Source of the DNA: Macrostomum lignano
Taxonomy: Eukaryota
Direction: 5' to 3'
Length of the DNA stretch: 64,000 bases
Assembly (NCBI GenBank): GCA_002269645.1
Contig: NIVC01000551.1
Coordinates: 310,001-374,000, forward strand
The notes beneath the pieces are model-generated. The model saw only the letters and a list, made by a program, of their open reading frames with translations, ran no database searches and was not told the origin of the DNA. The stretch's first letter is position 1, and every line of letters starts with the position of its first letter. The position numbers and the translations under genes were made by a program. Of this stretch, positions 1 through 14,712 are shown piece after piece.

Positions 1-540
1 GCTGACTCCCTCCACAGGGACAGATGGGCGGGCACCCAAAACTGCCGGCAATCTCGTGCCGCGGTTCCTTGCCCGTCTCGCAGGCTCAGAAACATCCTTC
101 TGAACCAGAATCGGAAGGATATTCGTGCCCTTGTCATGACCCTTACCGGCCATGGCTACCTCGCCAGGCACTGCTTCCTCCGAGGCGACCTCGAGAGCGA
201 AATTTGCCCCTTTTGCGAGTGCGACAATGAAGATGCTCAGCACTTTGTCTGTCACTGCCCTTTCTTTAACAGAGACCGGCTACGCTACCTCGGGCCGAAC
301 CCGTCCATTGACGAGGTTTGCCAGCCCGACAGCATCCCACGGCTCATCCAGTTCCTTCGGGCGACTAGACGAGCCAGTTTCTTCCCCACGGAAGATCACG
401 CTGCAGGACGGACCGGCGGACCACCCTGACCGGCCCCACGCCTCTGCCTGTCCGCGGGCCTTCAGGGGCTAGCGGAATGAGCGACCCTCGCCTCCCCGCT
501 GTGTCTACGGACCACCCTGCAGCTAAGTTAAGTAAGTTAT
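1..540 (+). mobile_element. 3' end of non-LTR retrotransposon (RNase H-bearing, LOA/R1-like), C-terminal Cys/His motif and TAAG-type tail
   Basis: ORF 136-429 LTGHGYLARH...CPFC..DNEDAQHFVCHCP matches the C-terminus of ORF 15741-17138 ([10 protein letters not shown]...CPFC...[11 protein letters not shown]); followed by ctaagttaagtaagtt at ~522-538. Confidence 0.8.
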
Positions 541-1308
541 CGGCCGGCAATGACACAGCTCTCAATAATGAAGTAACAAAGACTCAAATAACAAAGACTT
601 ACCAATTAGTGTTTGTCTCTCTCAGATATACTCGTAAAGCCTTGCTTGGTAGCTCTGGCTAAGCCCAAGATTTCTTAAGGCTGCTCCGACTCTGAAGTTT
701 CAGCTCTGATTTTCGCTTGTATTTATACACGATTTCATTCGACCTTGAGTCCCAAACCGGTTTTATTGATCAGAATCAAGAAATGGACTTTGTCCCTTGA
801 CCGGTGGAGTTTTGAATAGATTAGGGGTGAAGCTTAGGTCGCATTTAAATCGACATTTACCATATTTGGAAATATAGGTTGAAAACCGGTTTTTCGGATT
901 ATGTATAAGATCACTCTCTGTTTACGTGATATTGCAGGTATTACTGAAAATAGAGTATGACGAATGTTAGTTTTTAAAAAGTATTCATGTTTTTATCTTA
1001 CTACTTTTAGTAGTCTGCTCACCAACTAGAAGAGAGATCTCTACACCGAGTGCAGTCACATCGACTTGGGGCTAAACTGGAATCTCAGCTTGGCTCTGCT
1101 CGTGCAATGAACGCCCTTGAGGGCCAACATCCAAGGCACAGTGAAGTGTACATGCCTAACGATACATAAAGTTCGACTGTACACTCCTGTGTGAGTGTGT
1201 GCCTGTGCGTATGACTGCGTAAGTATCCGCGCGCCTGTGTGCCTGCTCAGGGGAGTCGGCGTAATGGGCAGCAATGACTCGCTGGTTGTGTGACAATGTA
1301 ACGATATA

Positions 1309-1413
1309 TACCGATTTTTTTCGGCAGCAATTGCGTAAGCTGAAGCCGCGTACAAATACTTCAGCGTAGCGGCTGAAGCTTAGTAGAGCAATTGCTGCCG
1401 AAAAAAATCGGTA
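1309..1413. repeat. ~105-bp palindrome / TA-flanked mini-MITE candidate
   Basis: Perfect 24-bp arms 1311-1334 (ccgatttttttcggcagcaattgc) and 1388-1411, TA on both sides, extra inner pairing (taagct/agctta, agccgc/gcggct). Confidence 0.8.
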
Positions 1414-1692
1414 CATGTCATTATTGTACCCTTTTGACTTCCCTTGTCTATGGCCCAGACATGTATAGTGCGGATGCTGAGTATGAAATGCGATTGTTGC
1501 CGGAATGCGCTTTGAAAGGGTTGTAGAGATAATCAATCGTCTATGGCAAATTTAGTTGTTCTCTAAATGAAAGGGTTGTAGAGATAATTAATCGTTTATG
1601 GCAAATTTAAAGGACAGTGAAGACAGCTAGCCTGGCTGCCATGAGTTAATTCTCAAGTTGATTTTGAGCTTGAATTAATTCTCCTATTCGGA

Positions 1693-2409
1693 GTGCAAAT
1701 AGGAAAACTAGCTATGATTCGCTACGCAAACATTCCTGGCGGAGAAATATGTGGACTCTCCACGGACGAGTTGGCTTTTGTCACCCGAGAGTCGAGCACG
1801 CGCTACGTTCTGGAGATGGACAACCTGGATGCGTCGTCCAGTTCCAACGGGCTGCCTGAGCTAGGTAGCGAAGATCTGGAAATGTTGGACCGACTTGAGA
1901 GTGACTCAGTGCCGAAATCGACCGAGACGCAACGGAAGCTTCACGTGGCAAGGTTCCGACAGTTCCTCAACGAGAAGGGGCTCTGCCAGGAGTTTGAGCG
2001 TGTTCCGGATCGATTTTTGAACGATTATCTGAGGCTTTTCTATTCATCCCTTCGAAAGCAGGATGGAACTTACTATGCGCCAAAGTCTCTCATCTGTTTT
2101 CGTGCGGCTATTCAACGCCACCTGCAATCCCCGTCCGTTAATCGCCAGGTGAACATCATTACCGGAGAAGCCTTCAAGCGTTGCAATGGCGTTCTTGTCG
2201 CCATGGTGAAAATGTACATGGAAGGACACGTCGAGAAGGTAGACAAATACGAAGCTATTTCCGAGGACGACATGCAAACAATTCGCGCATACTTTGATCG
2301 AACGTCCCTTCGTAAACTGCAGGAGAAGCCTCTGTGGTGGTCAGTTCCACAACTGCACATTCAACTTTTACGGAAAGTAAAACAATTGATTCGATCGGTT
2401 TGTTCTTAA
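1693..2409 (+). pseudogene. Crypton/DUF3504-family tyrosine-recombinase N-terminal fragment (KCTD1/ZMYM/QRICH1-like), truncated
   Basis: VPKSTETQRKLHVARFRQFL...LNDYLRLFYSSLRKQDGTYYAPKSLICFRAAIQRHL...NIITGEAFKRCNGVL...AISEDDM is the typical DUF3504/Crypton region; the ORF degenerates before the catalytic core. Confidence 0.75.
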
Positions 2410-3138
2410 GAACTTTTTGTGACTATGAAACACTTTCGCCGTGTTGCTATTGTTGTTCCTTGTTTTGATAGCCAAATACATTCGTCTGAAATCCGGCAAC
2501 AATCGAAAAAAGCCGACAAACAATTAAATTGTTACCGCAAGTATGAATGCCGGAAACCATAGACAAAAGGGAACAATGTCGCTTAAAGTGTGCCAGGGTG
2601 CACGCAGCCCCTGCCCGTAACTAAACACCTAAACCTAAACTTTAATCTATATAGCTAAATTATTTAACCTAATCCTATCCAGTCAAAAAAAAATCAAATA
2701 AAAAGCACAAAAATAGTCCTGTAGTTCTGGTTGCTTTCCAAGAAAAACAAAACACTGGTGCAATTGCTATGTTTAATCAAAAGGTTTTCGTTTTCCAAAT
2801 GTAAATCACGAAAAAGGCACATTTTTTAGACTGAAGGTGCTTTATACTATAGATACTAAAGTTTAGTATCTGGTAGGATTGGGAGATACAGATAGCTCAG
2901 TACGAGTTCGTGGAATTGTTTCCTCATATAGAGCTCAAGTAGCAGTTAAAGAAAGGTTTGGCTTGGTTAGTGTTGTACCGTATAGTTAAAGTACAGGATA
3001 GAATAAGACTCAAAAAGTAGGGTGGTGCTCAAATTTTGATGCGCCATCATTTTTACTTGGAGTCATCATCAAAAGGTGCTAGTTTCTAAGTTTGGGTGCG
3101 TCTAGGCTTCTAGAAAAAATTTATATGCAATTATAATC

Positions 3139-3714
3139 TCACTGCCAAAGCATGCACTCAAAGGTCTTCATAGAGTAATCCAGTTTGAGCGCACTACCAA
3201 CCGTCTCCACCAGGTAATAGAAGATGCCTGTGTTATTCAGTGCAGCAGGTGGGAGCAGGTAAACACCGTTAGGATTGATGAAGTTGCACCAGCCGAACCA
3301 CCAGCCACCTGATCTATCTCGGGCGCAGCTGCCACCGCTCCAGTTGTCATTGTCCGATTCAAGCGTGCTGAACTGCCAGTTGTTCGGAGACCAGTGCTGC
3401 TCAGTACGCTGCCCGACACTCGACCTGCTCCCGTCCAGAGGTCCCATCGAGCACCTGTACTTGTCGGTCGCTGGGCCAACAGAGAACGGAGCATTCTCAG
3501 CCCAGTACCAGGTGCCGTTCCAGTCGCTGAACTCCCAGCGGACTCTCCACACTCCAGTGGCGGTGAGCTGGTGGAGCTGTTCCAGTCCCATCCAGTAGTT
3601 GAGACTCTCGCCCTGACCGAATCCGCTTGCGTACTCCGCCCAGCTGCGGTTGAAGCTGACGGAGCCGTCGACTCTGTGCTGGAAGGTCGTCCAGCACTTC
3701 ACCGGCTCCCTCAT
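3139..3714 (-). CDS. Fibrinogen-related domain (FReD/FBG) exon, last exon of a secreted protein
   Basis: WTTFQHRVDGSVSFNRSWAEYASGFG...YWMGLEQLHQLT...FSTLESDND...CA...GGWWFGWC...NPNG; acceptor ctgcag at 3715-3720; 55-bp upstream intron (GT at 3769) is in frame. Confidence 0.9.
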   Translation of the reverse strand: MREPVKCWTTFQHRVDGSVSFNRSWAEYASGFGQGESLNYWMGLEQLHQLTATGVWRVRWEFSDWNGTWYWAENAPFSVGPATDKYRCSMGPLDGSRSSVGQRTEQHWSPNNWQFSTLESDNDNWSGGSCARDRSGGWWFGWCNFINPNGVYLLPPAALNNTGIFYYLVETVGSALKLDYSMKTFECMLWQ

Positions 3715-4691
3715 CTGCAGGGGCGCAAAAGTGCTGCATTTGTTTCTCCAGATCAAACGCAATACTCACTTTAGAAGTGTTCAAGTGCCCAAGATAATAG
3801 TTTCTAGGAGGGCGACATCGTCCCACGACATCCAGCCCTGAAGCTATTCTGCCCATTCCGTTGGCTCCCGAGCACATGCAAGCGTGCCAATACCGTAAGC
3901 ACGCTCATACAGGGTGCACATCGGCCCTGACTTTCTAATCGTCAGCCATCTACAGTCTCTGCGTCTTGGAGTTGTCCGCATGGCTGTAAATCGCCCGACG
4001 AAACCGACGGGCAATTTTCGTGCACGGGTCGTGTGGCGCGAGAGCCAGCCGCGTTTACCGCTGAGCTGCTCTGCTATTCGCAACCTTGCTCAGGTACTTC
4101 GACTACATGCGCGCACTTTTTACTTCCAAGGTGCTACCAGACCGTCAGAGGCTGGCGTTGTTCCAGGCAGGGGTTGAGACCGCACCGAATCTGCAATTCC
4201 GAGACCCGGACGCTGGCGGAATCGCCCGATCAGTAAGTTGACGGGGCTGTCTGGTCTACTGTGAGCCGCTTTCAAGACCACTAGCGAGTCACTCACGCGC
4301 CAGACTATGGCCTCTCCAACCGACATGTACCTGTTGCTCATTCGCAACGAGTTGTACTACAATCAACCGTCGAGGACAGTCGAGAGGACAGGCTGTTTTT
4401 CTGCGACACTGTTACTCTTTTCAGGCTTTTAAGGCCAGCAAGTTTTCTTGTATTTTTGTTGAGACATCATCTTGTCTTCTTTAGGGGACACAATTGTCGT
4501 TTTTAATATTCTTGACTGCGTGACCAGCTGGTTGTCCTGTTGACAAAGGTCAGCCATGCTCAACATTGAAATGACCCAAAAGCATGAGTCAACTGGCATC
4601 CTGAGCATTGTTGCTGCTATCTGACCCGAGACTGTGAGACAGTACTTTATTAAATCTGAGACTTGACCCTCGGATATTTCATCTCACTCAC

Positions 4692-4982
4692 CCACAGCTG
4701 AGGCAGGCTGGAGTCGCTGGCGTGCCGGCACTTCCTGCAGGCGTCCATCGCTCCCCGATCGCAGGCCAGCAGCGAGCAGGAGCCCGAGGCCGCGTCGAAG
4801 CGGACGGCGTCCACGTTCTCAGCGACCGCAGTACAGTGAATGTCGCTGCTGGCCAGCTTCACCGCCAGCACCCGGTACTCGACGAGGTCGCCACGCTGGC
4901 GCTTCCAGCCGAAGCCTGCGGCCGCAGCAGTCGCCATGACAGCGCAGATGAAACTGTAAGTCAATGCTTGAGCCATCGCCAT
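4692..4982 (-). CDS. Probable first exon (signal peptide + PAN/apple-like Cys region) of the FReD gene; middle exons unresolved
   Basis: MAMAQALTYSFICAVMATAAAA signal-like start, C...VRFDAASGSCSL PAN-like motif, GTGAGT donor at 4691; same strand, 1 kb upstream of the FReD exon. Confidence 0.5.
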
Positions 4983-5352
4983 TTACACTACAGCTGCTTG
5001 GAGAACTGGGAGGGAAAAAGTTGGGAGGCAAGAGCGGGCAGAAGCTGGTTAAACTTTATGTTGAAGCTGGGTTGCTGGGCGACGGAGAACAAAGCTCTGG
5101 AGAATGAGTCTGCTGAAGCTCTGCTTGCAGTGAAGTAGGGAACTCTAAACTGCAACTTTTTCTTCTTATCAGCTTTTTTCGCAGCTGTATTGGACGGATG
5201 TTTGCCCTACAAAAGTGAAAACTAGAATTTCTTTAGGATTTGAAATTCTCTTGTTCAAATGCCTTTTTGGTGATTCACTGCTGCTGAGGTGACAGACACC
5301 TCTCCTTGAATGCAGGCATTGAAGTATTAGACAATGGGCTCCCTGAAGGAGG

Positions 5353-5902
<550 letters not shown>

Positions 5903-7289
5903 GCAGGCCAAACAGACAGAATGCTGTCTAGACTCCAAGTCTACAGCCTTACTAACAGTAGCACAGTTGGCAGCAAATGTCGAAATCCCCAAAACCCGCA
6001 GCTTTGCGGACTGGACGGGTTTGGCACCTGCGAGAAATGCTCAAATCTGTGCATTCAGGTGAGTCAGTGATACTATGACTTTGTAAAGATGACTTAATAA
6101 AATAAGTTTCACTTCCACAAACTGCGCAAATGTCGAAAAGCATTTACGTTTAAAGCATTTCATTTACAAATTTGATTTGTTCCGGCATTGGACGTTGTCC
6201 CAAGTTGTTATCAAAAATTTACGTAACTTGTGGGTCTGCATCTTACTGAAATAAAAAATAGCGTATAAAAATATCCGTGACGATTAAAAGCAAGAAATTT
6301 GATAGTTTAATTTCTCAGAAAAGATGCAGATTAGTGCAGAATGAGTCTTCATTCCCGAAAATGCATTCCCTCACGTCAGTAGCAGACAGGCTTAAAAGCT
6401 GTTGCATTGGCCAGCTGCAGGACGCAGCACTGCTCACCTCATCTAGCAATTTTCTGTGCTTCAACCCTATCTACCAGCATTCTGCCTCCGCTCCAGCATG
6501 CTGGCAGCCTGTCGGACAGAGAGGTGAGGAGCGCCTGCCTGTTATGCCAGACGGGGGCGGCGGCCCCAGAATTGCCATGCAGACCCCCCTGCTCTGCTCA
6601 AATACTCAGAGCCATATAACTATGGCAGCCATGCTGACTGTCCCAGGGATAGTGCTGGGCGGAAAAATATCCCTGTTGGTGGAGGGGGCGAGAGTCGACT
6701 GGAGGGGGGGGAGGAAGGTTGGGGAGGCAGACAGGCAGGAGACAGGCCTGCATGGGAGGCGGAGGAGGCGGTGGGAACTCCAGGATTAAAGCGACAGAAA
6801 AGGTGTGCTGCTGCTGCTGCTCCAATGAGAGCTCCAGCAAACCGGCAGACTCAACAGTTCTGAGTTGAGCACCCCGTCCTGTCCAATACAATACTTGCTA
6901 GAAGTCAAAGGAATTACAACACAAACAGTGTTGGTGTTGGTCCCAAACGGAAGTAAGGAATAAACGAAACTAACAAATCTTTCTAGATCCGCAGACACCA
7001 CAGCTGTGGGTAGCAAAGTACGGCATACGCTGCAGTCAAAAGCACTACTGGTCTGTTAGTATAAAACCGGTTGCAAGAAGCGTCTTCGAATTTGTAAAGG
7101 TAATTTTTAATATTTTAATTCGTTTATGTTTTGACTACGAGAGAAAATTAAAATTGTATCATAATAAAACTTTTTAAACCACATGGCTTCTTTATCATTC
7201 AACAGCCATACCTAATAAACCTGACCAATTAGCAGTCAAATAAAACAGTTAACCCAATACACCTGGTCTAAAAGCAATCAAATAAGATA

Positions 7290-7800
7290 GTTACCCCAAT
7301 ACACCCGGTCAATAAGCAGTCAATTAAAACAGCCACCCCAATACACCTGGTCAATAAGCAGTCAATTAAAACAGCCACCCCAATACACCTGGTCAATTAG
7401 TAATCAATTAGAACAGCCACACCAATGCACCTGGTCAATTAATAATCAATTAGAACAGCCACACCAATACACCTGGTCAATTAGTAATCAATTAGAACAG
7501 CCACACCAATGCACCTGGTCAATTAGTAATCAATTAGAACAGCCACACCAATACACCTGGTCAATTAGTAATCAATTAGAACAGCCACCCCAATACACCT
7601 GGTCAATTAGTAATCAATTAGAACAGCCACCCCAATACACCTGGTCAATTAGTAATCAATTAGAACAGCCACCCCAATGCACCTGGTCAATTAGTAATCA
7701 ATTAGAACAGCCACCCCAATACACCTGGTCAATTAACAATCAATTAGAACAGCCACCCCAATACACCTGGTCAATTAGTAATCAATTAGAACAGCCACCT
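7290..7800. repeat. 42-bp minisatellite
   Basis: caatacacctggtcaattagtaatcaattagaacagccac(a/c)c x ~12. Confidence 0.95.
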
Positions 7801-8302
7801 TATACACCTTTCTAATTAGCAGCCAAATAATACAGCAACAATAATACATACATATCCTTTTCCGAGCAGGCCTCGCATAAAGCAAAATACCGAAAGATGC
7901 AGTCAGACTGTTAAAAATATTTTTTGCTGAAAAAACTACGATATTTAGCATCGCGAAAGCAACCCGGGATGTCAAATAATACCTGCCGCTCGGTTTATCC
8001 ACCAGAATTTCCGAGTGTATTCATACACGCATTGTGAATCTTTGAATAGCTAGCTTTTTTTCCAAGAACGCGCCTCGTCGCGCGACGCAAATCAGCGGGA
8101 GTCTCAGGTGTGCTCATCCTCTTTTCCCAGTGGATTCTCTTTGATCTTGTCTGCTAGGATACTGCAGGTTTTGCTTGATTCTTGCCTAATTAAATCTATT
8201 CGTTATTTATTAGCTCTGCTGTCCCGCAGGTGGCAATGAAATAAAATCTTTTTTGTCCGTTGTAGCAAATCCTGCTCAATTATGTTTTAAAACACTTGCT
8301 CG

Positions 8303-9418
<1,116 letters not shown>

Positions 9419-9452
9419 ATCGATAACCGCCAGCTTCACTCGCACATGCAGC

Positions 9453-12400
9453 ATGTCTTCATCCAAGGCGGAGGACGGTCTCACAGAGGAGCAGATCGAG
9501 GAGTTCCGTGAGGCCTTCTCACTATTCGACAAGGATGGAGACGGCACCATCACGAACAAGGAGTTGGCAGTTGTCATGCAAGCTCTGGGACAAAATCCCA
9601 CACCTGAGGAGCTTAAGGTGAGCCAAATCTAGTTTATGACTGAGTGGGCTAGCAGTCTAGTTTATGACTGAGTGAACTCGCACTCTAGTTTATGACTGAG
9701 TGAACTGGCAGTCTAGATTATGACTGAGTGAACTCGCACTCTAGATTATGACTGAGTGAACTAGCAGTCTAGATTATGACTGAGTGAACTGGCAGTCTAG
9801 TTTATGACTGAGTGAACTCGCACTCTAGTTTATGACTGAGTGAACTCGCACTCTAGTTTATGACTGAGTGAACTCGCACTCTAGATGATGACTGAGTGAA
9901 CTCGCACTCTAGATGATGACTGAGTGAACTGGCAGTCTAGTTTATGACTGAGTGAACTCGCACTCTAGATGATGACTGAGTGAACTAGCAGTCTAGTTTA
10001 TGACTGAGTGAACTCGCACTCTAGATGGTGACTGAGTGAACTCGCACTCTAGTTTATGACTGAGTGAACTCGCACTCTAGTTTATGACTGAGTGAACTCG
10101 CACTCTAGATGGTGACTGAGTGAACTCGCACTCTAGATGATGACTGAGTGAACTCGCACTCTAGATGATGACTGAGTGAACTGGCAGTCTAGTTTATGAC
10201 TGAGTGAACTCGCACTCTAGATGATGACTGAGTGAACTAGCAGTCTAGTTTATGACTGAGTGAACTCGCACTCTAGATGGTGACTGAGTGAACTCGCACT
10301 CTAGTTTATGACTGAGTTAACTCGCACTCTAGTTTATGACTGAGTGAACTCGCACTCTAGTTTATGACTGAGTGAACTCGCACTCTAGTTTATGACTGAG
10401 TGAACTCGCACTCTAGATGATGACTGAGTGAACTCGCACTCTAGATGATGACTGAGTGAACTCGCACTCTAGATGATGACTGAGTGAACTGGCAGTCTAG
10501 TTTATGACTGAGTGAACTCGCACTCTAGATGGTGACTGAGTGAACTGGCAGTCTAGTTTATGACTGAGTGAACTCGCACTCTAGATGATGACTGAGTGAA
10601 CTGGCAGTCTAGTTTATGACTGAGTGAACTCGCACTCTAGATGATGACTGAGTGAACTAGCAGTCTAGTTTATGACTGAGTGAACTCGCACTCTAGATGG
10701 TGACTGAGTGAACTCGCACTCTAGTTTATGACTGAGTGAACTCGCACTCTAGTTTATGACTGAGTGAACTCGCACTCTAGTTTATGACTGAGTGAACTCG
10801 CACTCTAGTTTATGACTGAGTGAACTCGCACTCTAGATGATGACTGAGTGAACTCGCACTCTAGATGATGACTGAGTGAACTCGCACTCTAGATGATGAC
10901 TGAGTGAACTGGCAGTCTAGTTTATGACTGAGTGAACTCGCACTCTAGATGGTGACTGAGTGAACTCGCACTCTAGATGATGACTGAGTGAACTCGCACT
11001 CTAGATGATGACTGAGTGAACTGGCAGTCTAGTTTATGACTGAGTGAACTCGCACTCTAGTTTATGGCTGAGTGAACTCGCACTCTAGATGGTGACTGAG
11101 TGAACTCGCACTCTAGATGGTGACTGAGTGAACTCGCACTCTAGATGGTGACTGAGTGAACTCGCACTCTAGATGGTGACTGAGTGAACTCGCACTCTAG
11201 ATGGTGACTGAGTGAACTCGCACTCTAGATGGTGACTGAGTGAACTCGCACTCTAGTTTATGACTGAGTGAACTCGCACTCTAGTTTATGACTGAGTGAA
11301 CTCGCACTCTAGATGATGACTGAGTGAACTCGCACTCTAGATGATGACTGAGTGAACTCGCACTCTAGATGATGACTGAGTGAACTGGCAGTCTAGTTTA
11401 TGACTGAGTGAACTCGCACTCTAGTTTATGACTGAGTGAACTCGCACTCTAGTTTATGACTGAGTGAACTCGCACTCTGGATGATGACTGAGTGAACTCG
11501 CACTCTAGATGATGACTGAGTGAACTCGCACTCTAGATGATGACTGAGTGAACTGGCAGTCTAGTTTATGACTGAGTGAACTCGCACTCTAGTTTATGAC
11601 TGAGTGAACTCGCACTCTAGTTTATGACTGAGTGAACTGGCAGTCTAGTTTATGACTGAGTGAACTCGCACTCTAGTTTATGACTGAGTGAACTCGCACT
11701 CTAGATGATGACTGAGTGAACTCGCACTCTAGATGATGACTGAGTGAACTAGCAGTCTAGATTATGACTTAGTGAACTCGCACTCTAGATGATGACTGAG
11801 TGAACTCGCACTCTAGATGATGACTGAGTGAACTCGCACTCTAGATGATGACTGAGTGAACTAGCAGTCTAGATTATGACTTAGTGAACTCGCACTCTAG
11901 ATGATGACTGAGTGAACTGGCAGTCTAGTTTATGACTGAGTGAACTCGCACTCTAGATGATGACTGAGTGAACTGGCAGTCTAGTTTATGACTGAGTGAA
12001 CTGGCAGTCTAGATGGTGACTGAGTGAACTAGCAGTCTAGATTATGACTTAGTGAACTGGCAGTCTAGATGATGACTGAGTGAACTAGCAGTCTAGATGA
12101 TGACTGAGTGAACTAGCAGTCTAGATGATGACTGAGTGAACTAGCAGTCTAGATTATGACTGAGTGAACTCGCACTCTAGTTTATGACTGAGTGAACTGG
12201 CAGTCTAGATTATGACTGAGTGAACTGGCAGTCTAGATGATGACTGAGTGAACTGGCAGTCTAGTTTATGACTGAAATCACCGTCTACTTTCGAAGATCG
12301 CATGGCCATCTCTCACTCCCCCAGTGGACAAAGCAGTTCGCCTGTACGCATACCTTATGACACAGCGACATTCTCAGAGATTACAGAATACATTTGCTAA

Positions 12401-13972
12401 TGAACCAATACCTAGGAGTGACTCTATACATGTATGCTTCTTTATATCGTGGAAAAAAGCTGCATGCATCTAAGAATTTTTGTGTCGCAGAAGAGAGAGA
12501 CAGAGAAGCAGATGGAAATGCATTACCAAACTGCATGCTAGTGCTCCCGCATATTACTCATCATAGCTAGCGACTGTGGGTTCCATATAGGAACTTGATG
12601 GGATCTGTTCCGTGCAATCGCTACGAGAGGAGGCTGTACTCAATGCATTGAGAGCTCTTGATAGCATTTTATTTTGCATAGCAGCAGCTCCTACTCACGT
12701 GAGCACTGCGTCCCGGAGCCACATGAGTGGTTGGTGAACGCCAAATTTATATTAATTCTTAATTAGTGATGCCCCATCATTTCGGCTAGAGGATACGGCG
12801 TTTATGCCGCCAGTTTGTAAAACTATTAATGCTCCAGTGGTATGAGGGGAATAGACCTGCGTTTAATGGGGTTTGACCTGGCGTGGGGATGAGGGAGGGC
12901 TGCCGCTGGGGCTGGGCGGGTTGGGGTGGGGTGCAAATAGGGATCGCAGTCTGATAATTGCTTTGAGTCTCAGAAAAACTGCGTTGCCATCTGCATTAAC
13001 CCTGGTTCTCAACCATTCAGCGATGGAAGGCTGATGATGCAGAGGAGACTGTAGCTGCTGTAGAGGGATAGTGTAGATGCTGTAAATGAGACGGTAAATG
13101 CTGTATATGAGACTATAGATGCTGCAGATGAGACTTTGATGCTGTAAATGAGACTGTAGATCCAGGTGTAGATGAGACTGTAGATGCTGTAGATGAGACT
13201 GTAGATACTGTAGATGAGACTGTAGATGCTGTAGATAAGACTGTAGATGCTGCAGATGAGACTGCAGATGCTGCAGATGAGACTGCAGATGCTGTAGATG
13301 AGACTGCAGATGCTGTAGATGAGACTGTAGATGCTGTAGATGAGACTGTAGATGCTATAGGTGATCACTGTAGATGCTGTAAATGAGACTGCAGATGCTG
13401 TAGATGAGACTGCAGATGCTGTAAATGAGACTGTAGATGCTGCCTTGTGGCTGTAAAAGTAGATGAGGCTGTATAAGGAAGGCAGCTGCACTCAGTGGTG
13501 CAGAACCTAAAAAACCAGTGACCTGTCAGCACTCCGCAAACCCAACAATCCCCAGGAGATGATCCGCGAGGTTGATCAGGACGGCTCCGGCAGCATCGAA
13601 TTCGACGAATTTCTCGACATGATGAAGAAGCAAATGAACAGCTCCGACTCCGAGGAGGAGGTCCGACGCGCCTTCCGCCTGTTCGACGCTGACGGAGACG
13701 GCTTCCTGAGTGCCACCGAGCTGCGCCAGGTGATGCAGAACCTCGGCGAGAGGCTCACAGCCGAGGAGGTCGAAGCGATGATCGAGGAGGCTGACACCGA
13801 CCGCGACGGCCAGGTGAGCTACGTGGAGTTTGCCAAGATCATGGGCGTCTGCGTTGGAGGCGGCGGTGGTGGCAGTGGCGGCGGCGGTGGCACCGACGAA
13901 GATCAAGGCGAACCCGGAGCGGCCACCGGCAGCGGCGGACCTTGCAGAAGCAAGGAGGGCACAGCTGTGTGA
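9453..13972 (+). CDS. Calmodulin-like protein, 4 EF-hands plus Gly-rich tail; exons 9453-9617 and 13556-13972; 193 aa
   Basis: [38 protein letters not shown]...QNPTPEELK|[19 protein letters not shown]...[12 protein letters not shown]...[12 protein letters not shown]; donor GTGAGC 9618, acceptor cccag 13555, phase 0. Confidence 0.93.
9629..12275. repeat. 28-bp intronic minisatellite (~94 copies)
   Basis: tctagtttatgactgagtgaactcgcac and variants, inside the calmodulin-like intron. Confidence 0.97.
13040..13445. repeat. 21-bp minisatellite
   Basis: gatgagactgtagatgctgta units. Confidence 0.9.
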
Positions 13973-14237
13973 CCAGCTGCGTGTAGAACATTTTTGGTTT
14001 TATGTCGAATTTTTACAATCTGTTAACTCCTCACAAGTAACATTGGGTGATGACAAGCGCGAGTTTGCCAAGTAGGTCAGCTGTTCTTGTCATGTTCAAC
14101 TCCAAAGAGATTGAAGCACGAGTCAAGAAAGAGCCAAGGCCAATTCGTTTACCAGAATAGAAGCAGTGCATGGCGAAGACAGCTAGGGATTTTAATTGGA
14201 TGAAGCAACCCTAAAATGGGCGCCAATTCTTTGGTGT

Positions 14238-14712
14238 CTCAGTGGGCGCCTGTGTCTCTTGGTGGGCGCCACTGTCTCTTAGGTGGATGCCCCTGTCTCT
14301 TGGTTGGCACCCGTCTCTTGGTGGGCGCCACTGTCTCTTAGGTGGGTGCCCCTGTCTCTTGGTTGGCACCCGTCTCTTGGTGGGCGCCACTGTCTCTTAG
14401 GTGGGTGCCCCTGTCTCTTGGTTGGCACCCGTCTCTTGGTGGGTGCCCCTGTCTCTTGGTTGGCACCCGTCTCTTGGTGGGCGCCACTGTCTCTTAGGTG
14501 GGTGCCCCTGTCTCTTGGTTGGTACCCGTCTCTTGGTGGGTGCCCCAGTCTCTTGGTGGGTGCCACTGTTTCTTAGGTGGGTGCCCCTGTCTCTTGGTTG
14601 GCACCCGTCTCTTGGTGGGTGCCCCAGTCTCTTGGTGGGTGCCCCTGTCTCTTGGTAGGTGCCCCCGTCTCTTGGTGGGGGCCCCTTGTCTTTTGGTGGG
14701 TGCCCCTGTCTC
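14238..14712. repeat. ~20-bp GC-rich minisatellite
   Basis: gtctcttggtgggtgcccct variants. Confidence 0.9.

Noticed and set aside
3844-4347. Middle exons of the FReD gene (EGF-like CGLNPC / PVGFVGRF fragments)
   Set aside because: Fragments lie in different frames and I could not build a phase-consistent model; left unannotated
6277-6891. Pro-rich and other GC-rich ORFs
   Set aside because: No recognisable domain or consistent splice model; could be an unrecognised exon but is unsupported
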